DNA of 64,000 bases from Octopus vulgaris (lineage: Eukaryota): positions 6,882,001 to 6,946,000 of the forward strand of contig OX597832.1 of the NCBI GenBank assembly GCA_951406725.2. The letters are read 5' to 3'. Below are positions 1 to 13,190 of the stretch, one piece after another. Position numbers and translations under genes: made by a program. Under the pieces are notes generated by a model. That model saw only the letters and a program-made list of their open reading frames with translations. It made no database searches and was not told the DNA's origin. Positions within the stretch are counted from its first letter, which is position 1, and the number at the start of each line of letters is the position of its first letter.

Positions 1-1642
1 TTTGTGCATGTAAAAAACAAAAGAAGCTAGATTAGAATTTATTTTGAAAATAATGAAATTGCTTGATTGACTGAAATAAAATCAATAAATTTCTTGGTTG
101 AGAGCAGAGCAGGAAAAAATGTGTCAACACAAAAGAACAAGTCAAACTGCAATTATTAATAAAAACCTAAAGAAGAGATAAACTGATGTGTTTTTTCATT
201 GGTAAATTTATATATATAGGTGCAAGCATGGCAGTATGGTCGAGAAGGTTGCCCCAACTGTGTAGCCTTGACTTTGGTCCCACTGTAAGACATCTTGAAC
301 AAGTGTCTTTTACAATAACACTTGACCGACAAATGCTTTATGAGTGGATTTAGTAGACAGAAACTGAAAGAAGCCAGTTATGTAGGTATGCATGCAGTGT
401 ATGCATATATCTATGTATGTGTGTGTGTGTAACCTTGTCCAAACATAGTTGTGATTGATCATCATCATCGTCCTACAAATGAGTTGGTTCATTTCCAGTC
501 TTCTGTAAAAACATGTCAAGCGATGGGAAAATATTACCTTGCTTGGAAACAGGTAAGGATTGGCAATAGGAAGGGTGTTCAACCATAGAAAATCTGTCTC
601 AACAAATTCCATGTGACCCATGCAAACATGGAAAACTGGACATATGATGATGATGACTGAATAGAATAACTTAAGAGAGAAATACTGTAACACACCTTCT
701 GCTGAACTGAAAGGATATACTAACATGGGAAATTAACCTTTTAGCATTCATACTACTAGGTTAGATGGTCCCATACTTGCAGACTCTAAATGCCACTTCT
801 ATAGAGATTGAAGAATAAGCAAAAAAAAAAAAAAAAAAAAATCAAGTATACAAATGTATATTTCTATGTTTAAAACATACTAGAAGTACACTTGGAAGTT
901 CCACAATCCATTTTGCGGTGGTGTTGACCATAAATACCTCCCCACTCAGTTATATCATCCTGTCATTCCCTTCATAAACCTTTAAATAAATTCTAGGGAA
1001 TCTTGTCTATTCTTTCTGGTCATGTTTTCTTTTCTAGCCTGCTTTCTCATTCTGTTTTTTTTTTTAAATATTGTCTATCATTTTTCTTTCTTGATTAATA
1101 ATTCTCATTTCTTTCCTTATTAGCTTCGGCTTCAACATTCTCCATATGACACCTTCAAGCTACATTTCTTGCATTAATTTCATTCCTTTTCTTCCAAGTT
1201 AATGCTTTTCCCCATTACTGATTCTCTTCTCTTTATTCCTAATTCTTCTTTCTTTTCTTTGGACTCCCCCCAGTCTTTCCCAGTATCTTTTCTGCCTCTC
1301 TCCATTCAATTCTTGCTGTCATGCCCTATGATCATTGTCTGTTGTAACAGACAAAACACCATTTCAATAAGGAAAATAATTTGAGAAGCACTTTATTATT
1401 ATATGGTTGGCACAGATAAACACTTATGGCATGTGCACATATATGCACACCTTAGCCCTTTCTCATACACCCACAGCTAATTGTCATCTGTGTGTATGCC
1501 ATATATACACATCCCCCAGTCTCTCATACCTACAGCTTGTTGTTATCTGTATGTGTGCTGAAATTTGAATCTCTATCTTTCTTTTTCACACACACCTTTA
1601 CCATCCTCTTTCTATTGTGTAACAGATTTTTTTTTTTATACT

Positions 1643-2060
1643 CGAAATCGATCAATGGAAATTGCAGATGTGTTACCAGTGCCGGTGGCATGTAAGAGAA
1701 CCTTCCGTTTCGCGACCGTTGCCAGCGCCGCCCCGACTGGCCTCGTGCCGATGGCACGTAAAAAGCACCATCCGTTCGTGTCCGTTGCCAGCCTCGCCTG
1801 GCCCTCGTGCCGGTGGCACATAAAAAGCACCATCCGTTCGTGGCCGTTTGCCAGCTCTGTCTGGCACCTGTGCGGGTGGCACGTAAAAAGCACCCACTAC
1901 ACTCACGGAGTGGTTGGCGTTAGGAAGGGCATCCAGCTGTAGAAACACTGCCAGATTTGACTGGGCCTGATGAAGCCTTTTGGCTTCACAGACCCCAGTA
2001 GAACCGTCCAACCCATGCTAGCATGGAAAACGGACGCTAAACGATGATGATGATGTTGAT
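1643..2060 (+). mobile_element. RTE-3'UTR-derived short retroposon; further copies at about 3663-3836(-), 8850-9030(-), 10770-10965, 15325-15565, 22845-23010(-), 34523-34780, 35741-35890, 43536-43790(-), 47310-47720
   Basis: GTGCCGGTGGCACGTAAAAAGCACC internal repeats, GGAGTGGTTGGCGTTAGGAAGGGCATCCAGC core, (GAT)n tail. Confidence 0.85.
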
Positions 2061-2106
2061 GAATCTGTTGTTAGCACTTTAATATAATAGATATTGTATT
2101 GTAGGA

Positions 2107-2345
2107 AAGGCGGCGAGCTGGCAGAAACGTTAGCACGCCGGGCAAAATGCTTAGCGGTATTTCGTCTGCTGCTACGTTCTGAGTTCAAATTCTGCCAAGG
2201 TCGACTTTGTCGTTCTTCCTTTCGGGGTTGATTAAATAAGTACCAGTTACGCACTGGGGTCGATATAATCGACTTAATTCGTTTGTCTGTCCTTGTTTGT
2301 CCTCTCTGTGTTTAGCCCCTTGTGGGTAGTAAAGAAATAGGTATT
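2107..2345 (+). mobile_element. tRNA-derived SINE family B; copies at about 29278-29500, 30875-31090, 40625-40840, 47085-47305(-), 61295-61510
   Basis: A-box-like GAGCTGGCAGAA, B-box GAGTTCAAATTC, shared body GTCGACTTTG...TAAGTACCAGTT. Confidence 0.8.
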
Positions 2346-2639
2346 GTATTGTAGAATGAAACATGTGGAAGATTGAACAGTCAATCACTTAGTTGCTGGA
2401 TGTTCTTTCATAGCAATATTTGAAAATAATATAAAGATTTGTTTGTATATAAAAAACAATAAAGGTAGAATAATATTTTACATTGGCACAAAGTCATAAA
2501 TTCATAAAGGCAGGTTATAGTAATGATCTCTCATAGCTGCAACATATTCATAACATAGCTAAAACTGAATCTTAAAGGCTAGGCCTTCTTATCAGGTCAG
2601 GAACTACTTTAGCTTTGAACAGCTGTTGAGCCTCTACAT

Positions 2640-5463
2640 CAGTAGTTCTTAACTTATTTTTTTCCTTGCCTCTTTTTAAGTAGCTGTTATGCCTAGTACC
2701 TACCAACATGGTAAGTGAGATACATGACTAAACTATCTTAACATAGATGATAATTTATATATCTTATTAAAAAATGGATTATATATTACAATTCATTTTT
2801 AACTGAAATGATAAAAAATTAATAAATACAAAAGTTTGCAAGTTAATGACTTCTCTGTGCCCAATGAGAGCTAGCTAAATTTTCTATTTCAGATTCAATG
2901 TTAGTCAAAAGTAGTTGTAAGTCTCCTCATTGACTTATTGCTAATTTCTTTCGTTGCTTAGTCAGAAATTGTGACACCACACTGAATCCTTTCTCTACTA
3001 AGTATGAAGCAGGAAAAGCAATGAACAGTAATTTAATTTCTTGCCAAATTTGAGTATACTTGCTTTGCATTTTGGGCCAGAATAATTCATAACCAAGCTG
3101 TTGGAAATATATTGAGCATCAAAATCATTTTTTAAGATGATAATTTTTTCATGTAAACTTGGTTGGCATCAAAAAGGGATTTAAGACCCGATCATGTTCG
3201 TTAAAATCAGTAAAATCTTTAAACCTTATCATTAAATATTCTTTCAGTGTCTGCAGATGAGAACAATAGCAATCTATATCTGTATCTAATATCAAATTGC
3301 TATCATTGTTTTCTTTTATGCATAGGCTTAGAAAATATAGAAAACCTTTTCTCAATAATTTGCTGATAAATGCTTTTACAATTATCTTTGCTTTAATTAA
3401 ATTCATATTTCCTTGTAAATTAATGTTATGTTAACCTCATTTAATTTAGTGAAAATATCAGAAAGATATGCAATGTCAACTCTTTCATTGCTTAATTTAT
3501 TACACATGTCATCATATGAAGAAATTCTAAAACAGTATTAGAGAGCTCATAAAAACACTTTAAACAATTTTCATTAAAAAAAAAAACCATTGCACTTCAG
3601 TATGAAATTTTTTTTTCTCTTTATCATGGCAAAGCTTCTGAAAGATAGATTCATTTAGTGAATCATCATCATCATCATTGTTTAACGTCCACTTTCCATG
3701 CTGGCAGTGTTTCTACGGCTGGATGCCCTTCCTAATGCCAACCACTCTGTGAGTGTAGTGGGTGCTTTTTATGTGCCAGACGGAGCTGGCAAACGGCCAC
3801 AATCTGATGGTGCTTTTTACGTGCCACTGGCACTGATTTTATTTACTGTTTTAATTACATCATTCAATGTGTTATGAAGTCTACCACTAAGATGTTTCGC
3901 AGTCAAGTGTTCTCATGAATAACACAGTGAACTACAAATATATGTGGAACTGCTTCCTTTAAACGTGCTATAAATCTACAATAATGACCTATCATAACTG
4001 GTGATCCATCTGTTGCAAATGCAATAATATTTGTGAGTGGAATATTCTTAGCATTAAAAAAATCTTTAACAACCTAAAAAATTGCAGAACTTTTTGTGTC
4101 AAGTACCATTTTTTCAGCAAACAGAAGTTCTTCAATAATTTTCTGATTTGAAGTTACATAATGGATGTAGGCCATTACCTAAGATTTACTGTGGCATAAA
4201 GTCGACTCATTACATACCCTTTTACTTGTTTCAGTCATTTGACTGCAGCCATGCTGGAGCACCGCCTTTAATCGAGCAACTCGACCCCGGGACTTATTCT
4301 TTGTAAGCCCAGTACTTATTCTATCGGTCTCTTTTGCCGAACCGCTAAGTGACGGGGACATAAACACACCAGCATCGGTTGTCAAGCAATGCTAGGGGAA
4401 CAAGCACAGACACACAAACATACACGCACATATATATATATATTTATACACATATATACGACAGGCTTCTTTCAGTTTCCATCTACCAAATCCACTCACA
4501 AGGCTTTGGTTGGCCCGAGGCTATAGTAGAAGACACTTGCCCAAGGTGCCACGCAGTGGGACTGAACCCCCGGAACCATGTGGTTGGTAAACAAGCTACT
4601 TACCACACAGCCACTCCTGCTCCATTGTAAAAAAAAATTCTTTGTTTTTTAAAGCATCACATAATTTACTTTCTATATCTTTTGCCATGTCATCTGTTCT
4701 TGCCACTACAGTACTTGAGAGGAATTGATGCTGTTACAGCACTTTAACCTAGGCAATTCATAGTATCCAAACTTCATTTGTAGTTGGTAAGAGAAGAGTT
4801 TCATGAACAGTATGTGGTTTTCCACACTTTGCAAAATTTAAAAAACAACCAACCCCTACTCATTTGTTTAGTTTGTTTGGTAAACAACCCTTTGAGAGTA
4901 AGACAACTTGTTAAATAATTTTCATTTAGCGAAAGTAGTCCTCGTCTTCTCTGGCTTTATCTGGGTGCCTTTCTTTGTAAATGTTCAATCATTCTTGAAG
5001 GCGTCGTTGCTTCATTTCAGAACGTTTTTTCACACATTAAACATAATGGCAATTGCTCATTTTTTATAGATAGAATACATCTATATTTCAAATATCCACT
5101 CAAATATTGATGGTATTTTCTTTTTCCACTCATTCTAACTTTTTAAAAGGATAATGCACACAACATTTGTATATAATTATATCACTGAAAAAAATATAAT
5201 GGAGATCACAATATATGAAGAAAACAAGCAAGACTGTGCTTAAAAAATATTAGTCAAAACAGAAATATAACATTAGAAATCATGTCTTTAGCCATAATAC
5301 ATACTTATCTCTCATTTTATTTTAATAATCATTACTAGTTTTATCATGTATAATGTAATTACAACTATAGTTATGTTAATTATGTTACCTCACCACCGCC
5401 TAAAGCCTAACATGCCCTTTGACATGTCTAGCACCCCTTTTCGGTCCATGTTGAGAACCTCTG
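2640..5463 (-). mobile_element. Decayed hAT (Charlie/Buster-type) DNA transposon with two nested retroposons
   Basis: TIRs CAGTAGTTCTTAAC / GTTGAGAACCTCTG; 8-bp TSD ctctacat / ctctacgt with central TA; transposase remnants on the minus strand (HTEVQW near 3600; ORF 3149..3406 LQGxxMNLIKAK...LNPF). Confidence 0.85.
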
Positions 5464-6415
5464 CTCTACGTGATACAAATGTTCTCACAGTTCAATATCT
5501 CGGTTAGAGCAGTTCCTACATACACACAAACATTCGAGATAACATCTGAATGACTGTTAAACTTTAATTCACAAACACAATGCAACCACTAACACACTGA
5601 ATCTTCCCACTATCTCTTCTACCTCTATTCAAAGCACCTGCCTCACCTCGTTCCCTACTTTTTCTCATCTTCAAATCTTGCACTAAAATCTACCTCACTG
5701 CCTGCATTTTCTTAAGTAAATTGCAAAAGTTCAAGCTGATCTTCAATTACATTATTCTCTTTCTGGGAAAATTTATAAGGCTGTCAGCATTGACTCTTGT
5801 CCTTGGACTAAAATATAAAAACAGAAGGAACAATCCTGGAAACAATCAGTGCACTTAGTTTAATTAAAAATGGTACTGACCAATACATTGAGAAAATACC
5901 AGGTATCTCCAAGCTTCATGAAATACAAGATTGTCTTATTGTTACTACCAGTATTCTTTGCAGAACATTGTCTACATGATAAGCTGATTAAATAAAGCCA
6001 TATGCTGTACATATTTTGTTAAATATTTTACCGTTGTTGCAGCTGATTGTTTTTTTTTTTACATATGTAATTGACAGTTATAATATTTCTTGTTCTTTGT
6101 CTTTAGACAATGGCTACACATGATGAACACAAACAAAGAACACAATATACCAACAACAAAATTTAGAACAACCTAATTAGGAGCTTCTATGTGGTTGCTT
6201 GACCCATTAGAAATAATGGCTAAATCATATTCAAGTTACACAATATTATCTTACAAAAAGAAAGATACAAGAATAATGCAGTCCTAGATATTCTATGTCT
6301 TAATATAAAAATAGGATGGCCACAATTGGAGCATCTTTGAACATAAGCTTGCTCAATGAGACTAACGAAGGATTAAACAAGAAAAACATTTGTAAAAGAA
6401 ATCCAAATAACTAAC

Positions 6416-7002
6416 CTCTTTGGTGGAAACCATTTTGTTTTGGCCCCATAAAATGCCCAAAGAAAAGTTTCATTAGGGAAGTAACGATGAACATGTTTGA
6501 AAATGCCTGTCCAGTTATCCAGGTCAAGGAAAATTATATGTTTCATTTGTGTCAGTTTATTTATAAACTCGCTCTTCTCTCTGTAACAGTCAAGATCCTG
6601 AGTACTCCAAATAGTTGGTGGGTTAAATTGTTTTGAACTAAATGGAAATTGTGTTGATGGTCTATTATTGCAGGTAAAATTACTCGAACTCACAGAGGCT
6701 TTAGTTCTGCATCGTTTTGAAAGTACTCTCAAATTTGTTTTTAAATTGTCATGGTGGCAATTGGCCTTGGGGTTCTGTACTTCTAAATCAGCAGATGTAA
6801 TGTGCAAATTTAGAACATGTAAACTTAAACTGCTTCGCAAAACAAATTCCCGAAAAGATTTGCAATTGGTTTTCAAAAGAATACCACTTTTATCGAAAGT
6901 ACACTGATGTTTCATGCCAATAATTTTATTGGTACTTTTATGAAATATTTGCTCGCAACTAGAGCAGGTTACCTCTCCTATATAATTTGAGAATATGTCT
7001 TT
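6416..7002 (-). CDS. ZNF451: ZNF451-like exon 7 with N-terminal half of ZNF451-type PIN-like domain
   Basis: tttttcag acceptor, AG|gttagt donor; MKHIIFLDLDNWTGIFKHVHRYFPNETFLWAFYGAKTKWFPP matches the recalled vertebrate ZNF451 C-terminal motif (THIVFVDFDNW...TFIWGFQGG.TNWKPP); the remaining exon(s) were not found in the window. Confidence 0.9.
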
Positions 7003-7609
7003 CTGAAAAATAAAATAAAATTCATATTCTTACATTTTAAACAAAGCAAAACATGTAGATATGGAGCATGAATGAAAATATGAAAAGCCATAGGGTATGT
7101 TTTTAGGACTAAACCCAAGGTTAACCAAAAACAGACTTTTTATTAAAAAATTATATCTGAAGAAAAGAAAAATAAATGTTTATGAGCATGTGGGTATGTT
7201 CTACTACCAAAGTTCTTCTAGAGAGTATGTTATGTAATGTAATTAATTGCACAATACTAATGAAAATTAAGAGTTGCTAAGGTTAAAATTAAAAGAACAT
7301 GGTCAGGTGGTTAAGAAGCACATTTTAAAATCAACAGTTTCCAAGTTTGATATCATCTGTCATAGCTTTCTGTTGACTCAAGCCTTGTAAATAAAACTGG
7401 ATAGACAGAAAACAGAATAAGTCCATTAAAATGTCTTTACTTGTGATTTGAGGGCTCAGTCTTGACCTGTAGTGTCATACCTATTCTGCTTAATTATTTG
7501 TGTCAAGAGTTAAAGTGTTTTGGAAATACTCAGCTACTTAAACTGTAATTCAGTAGATAGTTCTTTACACTTAAGAGCCACTTTTTGAATGAAATTGAAA
7601 GACTCCACG

Positions 7610-8600
7610 ATATACACATCACATGTCCATACCAGTGCAGTATTCTTTCTTATACATTACATCTGATTCTGTTTGTTCCCAGTTTTTCTTGAGAGATTTG
7701 TACTTTGTCATTCATGTGCACTTACAATTACACATCTAATGGAGCATGCTAACTTCATTTCTTTTCAGTTTTCTCAAGTTCTCAGCATTCAAGGCTCATT
7801 GCAGATCTAATAAAAGGGTCACACAATCTGCCCTTCACTCTAAGGAGAAAAGGTGTTATCAGCAGCAATAGTAGCTCTCTGAACTTTTTCCAACCCATTC
7901 TTACCTTGGCTGCCATACGTTGAGAGCAACTACCTGACTTGCTACTTACACTTCATAGGTAGCAAAAGCTATTGAATGCTAGTGAGCCATCTAGATATTT
8001 AAGAGAATCTTTTTCTGGTGTGCCCATAGTATATAATACCCCAGTGCATTTATAACATATGAAGCTTACTTTTTCTTCTAACCTATCTGTGATCACTACA
8101 CCTGTTGAGTAGTTATTGCTTACATTGGATACAACATATAGAATTTATACTTACTTTTCTGCATATTGAGCAAGGACATTTCCTAAAGATACCAGAGTCT
8201 TGCCTTTTCCACTTACTAAAACCTTAGTCTTTGCTAAGTTTACCTCAAGGTCTAGGTTTAGCGTCTAGCTTGAAATTTCCTCTCTAATTCTACTATTGTT
8301 TCAACCATGAGAACTAGATCATCAGCAAATAAGAGTTCCCACAGACAGCCAATCTTAAGCTCCCCCTGCAATGGTCTCCAGGACTATGATGAATAGGTGA
8401 AGACTAAGTATTGAACCTTGATGAACTCTTTCTTCACTCTAATTTTGTCACTGAAATCATTGCTGACTCTCATTTAACTTACTGCAACTTTGTACATAGC
8501 ATGTACAGCACTAGCAAGCCATTCATTTATAACCAGTTTCCTAAGTGACCACCAAATTACTAAACATGGTACCCTGAAAACACCTTCCCCCATTCAACAA
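7610..8600 (-). mobile_element. Decayed RTE LINE fragment
   Basis: Reverse strand reads VHQGS, WELLFADDLVL, VNLAKTKVL, KFRELLLLL, ENEVSML. Confidence 0.75.
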
Positions 8601-10058
8601 ATTGGTGAAAGATACAAATTTCAGTGAAGAAACCAAAGAAAAGTGTTCATTGTTCAAAATCACATGCAATATTTGTTATGGATCAAGTTATATGTCATCC
8701 TGTTACTCTCATTCTCAGAAATGCAGTAGACCAGTGACTAATCATTAGAAACCTGTTACAAAGAAGGTTATTGCTTACAATCTGATATAAAGTACACAAA
8801 TACAGACTATATCTGATGGTAATGATAGAGCAGAAAGTATAGAGTAAAATCATCATCATCATTTAACGTCCATGTTCTATGCTGGCATGGGTTGGATGGT
8901 TTGACAGGATCTGATGGGTCCAAGGACTGCGTCATGCTCTAATGTCTGCTTTGGTATGGGTTCTATGGCTGGAGGTCTTTCCTAAAATCAACTACTTTTC
9001 AGTGCATACTGGGTGCTTATTTTTTGTGCCACTTCCACTATCAAAATCACAATGCAGCTTGTAGGACTATAAAACTGGGAGGCAGAGGTAGAGGTTCAGT
9101 TTCATGCTAAAGGACAAGAGATTAAACTGCGAGAAAAGGGAAGGTCAGAGAAAGTTCTTGTAGTAGATCTGCATGGCTACTCACATTTAGTAGGAAAAGT
9201 ACAGAGAGAGAGAGAGAGAAGAAAGAGAAAAAGAGAGAGAGAAAATGATAAATCATTTCCATTCATTTCAATAAGACGGAATGATCAAAAGTGAGTTATT
9301 GACACTTGAAATTAAAAGAATTCATATAAATATCTAAAATTAAAGAAAATACTACAATTTCTTAGAGAAAAAAGAGTCAGTCTTTAAACAAATAAAGAAT
9401 TATTGGTTGGTTTTGAGGACATTTCCTTAAAGTAAATGTTAGCAGAAAGATAACTAAATGTAGAGATAGGTACAAGCATGGTTGTGTTGTTAAGAAGATT
9501 GCTTCTCAACCATGTGGCATCAAATTCAGTCTGACAATGTGAAACCATGGGCAAGTAAAGTGAAAGAACAGCAGTCTAGGTCATCCAATCTATTATTCAG
9601 ACAGAGTGTATCTATGACTACATTATACATAATTTGAAGGACAGTTGGCAGCAATTTTTAGCAGATCAAACAACTAGTCAAGAGCTTCTTTGTTCTGTAG
9701 AAAGTAGTTACAGGAGCTGATAACAGTGTCAATAATGCTGAGAGGCTTTAATGAAAATAACTGTTAGACAACCAGAAATGATAATCTTTCAAAATAATAT
9801 AATTTATTGGTTGGTAACATCTGCAATGGATAAAACCAAGATGTTTGATTACACTTGTGTTAAAATTTTTTCATGTTAGGCACAAGCATGGCTCCATAGT
9901 TAAGAAACTTGCTTGCCAACTACCTGGTTGCTGGTTCAGTAGTACTTTGAGGAAATGTCTTTTACTCTAGCCCAAGATCAACCAAAGCCTTGTGAGTGGA
10001 TTTGGTAGACAGAAACTAAAAGAAGCTCATTATATATATATATATATATATATATAAT

Positions 10059-10533
10059 ATGGAGATAATAGGCTCACTCAACTGCTTGGCGGAATCATTA
10101 GAGGTAGTAGATAGGTTTTGTTACTTAGAAGACCAAGTTAGCAGAGGTGAAAGAAGTTCTGAAAGAGCAGTTGCTAGGATAAGAACAGGCTGGGCAAAAT
10201 TCAAAGAACTACCTTTGTTAATAACTAAGAGCCTCTCCCTTGGGGATAAAGGCAGATTCTATGATGCCTGTGTACGTACAGCTATGTTACGTGGCAATGA
10301 AACATGGCCCTTGACTACTGAGGATCTGCAAAGGCTTGAAAGAAATGAAGCTAGCATGCTCTGCTGAATGAGTAATGTCAGTGTGCATGCACGACAAAGT
10401 GTAGCTCTAATTGTGGAGGGCACCAATGGAAGGGGTAGACCAAGGAAGATGTGGGACAAAGTGGTGAGAAAAGATCTTCAGATGCTAGGCCTCACTGGCG
10501 AAATGACAAGGGACCAGGAGATGTGGTGATTTG
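10059..10533 (+). mobile_element. RTE LINE 3' fragment
   Basis: SLEVVDRFCYL, ARIRTGWAKFKEL, YDACVRTAML, ERNEASML. Confidence 0.85.
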
Positions 10534-11418
10534 CTCGGGCATGGTTGTGTGGTTAGGGAGCTTGCTTACTAACTACATGGTTTCGGGTTCAGTCCCACTG
10601 CGTGGCACTTTGGGTAGGTGTCTTCCACTATAGCCCCGAGCCGACCAAAGCTTTGTGATTGAATTCGGTAGGCGGAAGTTACTGCCATGTGTGTATGTGT
10701 GCATATAGCTGCTCAGTGCCTCTCCGAAAGAGAGAGAGGGATGAGAGGTGTGAAGCTAAGTCTTTCAGATGCAGTGTCACTTAAAAAGCACCTGTGCCAG
10801 TGGCACATAAAATGTACCCAGCATACTGTTAAGTGGTTGGCATTAAGAGGAGCATCCAACTAGAAAATGTCACAATGAACTGTTGGAGCTCCCTGCAGGA
10901 CAACTTCATGTCAAACTGTCCAACCTATGCCAGCATGGAAAGAGGATGCTAAACGATGATGATATATATATGTATATGTCTGTGTGTGAGTTTGGCGTCT
11001 CCTTGTCTTGACATTGTGTGACTGCTGTAAACAAGTGACACCATCATACAAAAGGTGTCCATTTCCAAGCTTCTATGAGAACATGTTCTGTCATGGGGAA
11101 AAATTCTTTTATTTGGAAGCAGGTGAAGGCTGGTAACAGGAAAAAAAAAATCTGCTTCTACAAATTTTATCTGACCTATGCAAGCATGGGAAAGCGGGCA
11201 ATAAAAATGATTACATTTATCAAAAATGGTTATTGTTTACAAGTAATGCCAAGTAATAAATAAATGAATAAAAGAAAACAAAACTGATTTGTAATGATGA
11301 GAAACCTATGGTGTGGTAAATCTGAACAAGAGGAAAATTTTTAAAATTCACAATAAATACAAATAAAATCTTTTTTAAAACTATGAAGGGAAACAGAAGA
11401 AAGTGATTTTCAGCTTAC

Positions 11419-11603
11419 AAGTGATTTTTTAGAAACACATTTAACAATGTGATTGTTTTTGATATGGTTGGTTACAGTTGTTGGTTCACAGAGGACACCT
11501 GAACAGTTGGTACATGTAATGTAGTTAGGGATCCTCTCACATTTCCTTTTAAAGTCAGTTTCCAAAACTTTTGGTAAAGGAACTGGTACATATTCTGAGT
11601 TAT
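11419..11603 (-). CDS. ZNF451: ZNF451-like exon 6 (C2H2: CTNCSGVLCEPTTVTNHIKNNH)
   Basis: ttttatttag acceptor, CTT|gtaagc donor, phase 1-0, open frame. Confidence 0.85.
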
Positions 11604-11707
11604 CTAAATAAAAAAAAATAAATCAAAATTTAGAGAAGATACAGAATACAATCCAAACTCTATTTTTAGCAGAAGCAACAGTATCTAAGTTGGTCAACTA
11701 CATAATC

Positions 11708-11932
11708 TTAACTCTTTAGCATTCAGATTAATTCATCAATTGTAATACTTATTTATCCACATTATTTCAAATTAATTATGCATTATCTCATAGCTTCATG
11801 ATTTTGATGTGATTATCTATGTTTAGAATGATACTGTAGGGTAGGTGTGAGAGGCAGGATCTGGCATGTTTGAACATAAAATAGATCAAATATTTGTGCT
11901 GGATATGGCCTGTTTGAATGCTAAAGTGTTAA
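11708..11932. mobile_element. piggyBac-type MITE (TTAA target)
   Basis: TTAA-CTCTTTAGCATTC ... GCTAAAGTG-TTAA; same family as 24186 and 62779. Confidence 0.7.
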
Positions 11933-12651
11933 ACTAAGTCATGCCATTGTTAATATCATAACATAGAATTAAGAAACCAACTAGAAAACAAGCTTTATTT
12001 TTCATGTATACTACTTTTAGTCATATCTTGTTACTTCTAACCATCAAAGTGCATCCTAGCACATGATCATGATAAAAGTGATATCAATGATGACTTAATG
12101 TTTCCTGGGTATTCACTTCTTCCTACACTCAGTTTTCTAGCTAACCATAGTAATTCATCCAGTCCACAATGGGTTCCTAACTTCTTCCTTGCAATTAATA
12201 CTTGTCAACAAATGAGTAGCCTATTGTCAAAGTGGGGAAATGTTAGGAGTCACTGAGACACTTGCAATGTATGTATGTAACCACTGCAATAAAGAAATTT
12301 AGGCTATATTTAAAGACAACTATAATTATGTAAATGTATCAGGTCAACAGCTTCATACTGTGCCTATCTACCAAGCCTATGATAACATTGATATGCTAAT
12401 GTTGTTGCATGCAGTAATGACATTTAAGGTGACAACCAGTTTGATGTTAAACAGTTTGCTCTTGGGTCAGTAATACAACCAGTTTCTAATACAGAACTAT
12501 TTTCATGTCACAAGCGAAGACACTTACCAAGGAAAACATAGTAAGTAACACATAACTTGAGTGAAACTAAGTTAAAAATTGAGGCAATTGAGCAGTGGTC
12601 TATATGCTATTATAGACCCAGGCCAACCAAAGACTTGCAAAAACCTTTTCA

Positions 12652-12802
12652 CAATGGTTCCCAACCCTTTTATTTAAATGAATTTTCCTATGGATCCCTT
12701 TTAATATACTTATCCTTATGTATATATAGATATATGAAATTTTGAATTTAGTTCATGAACCCCCAGTACTACCTTTGCAGCCCCCCAAGTTGGGAACCAC
12801 TG
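12652..12802. mobile_element. hAT-type MITE
   Basis: CAATGGTTCCCAAC ... GTTGGGAACCACTG TIRs; TSD not evident. Confidence 0.6.
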
Positions 12803-13190
12803 CAATAGAGGATTATCACATCCTTCGAGGTGCTGTTCAGCCTATGAAAAGAAATGCTTTAACTGTGGTCAATTGAGCAATTTCAATAAATCAAACAGAC
12901 CAAAATCACTGTGTTCTGTCAAGTCCATCTATAAAGTTAATACTAAGAGTAAGAGTCCTAAACAGCTTGACACTAAGGAATAAGCATAGTTGTGGCGGCT
13001 GTGTGGTAAAAAATTTGCTTCCTGACCAGATGGTTTTGAATTCAGACCCACTGTGTAGCACCTTGAGCAACTATATGCTATTATAGACCCAGGCCAACCA
13101 AAGACTTGCAAGTGGATTTGGTAGATGGAAATTAAAAGAAGCCTGTTATGTGTGTGTGTGTGTGTACACACACACACATATATATATATA

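Noticed and set aside
310-726. 138-aa ORF as the missing next ZNF451-like exon
   Set aside because: Overlaps SINE sequence and lacks the expected PIN continuation (HPRC, KDAADF).
1677-1900. Repeat-spacer pattern (GTGCCGGTGGCACGTAAAAAGCACC) resembling a CRISPR array
   Set aside because: Eukaryotic context, no cas genes, spacers related to each other, and the array is part of a dispersed retroposon 3'UTR.
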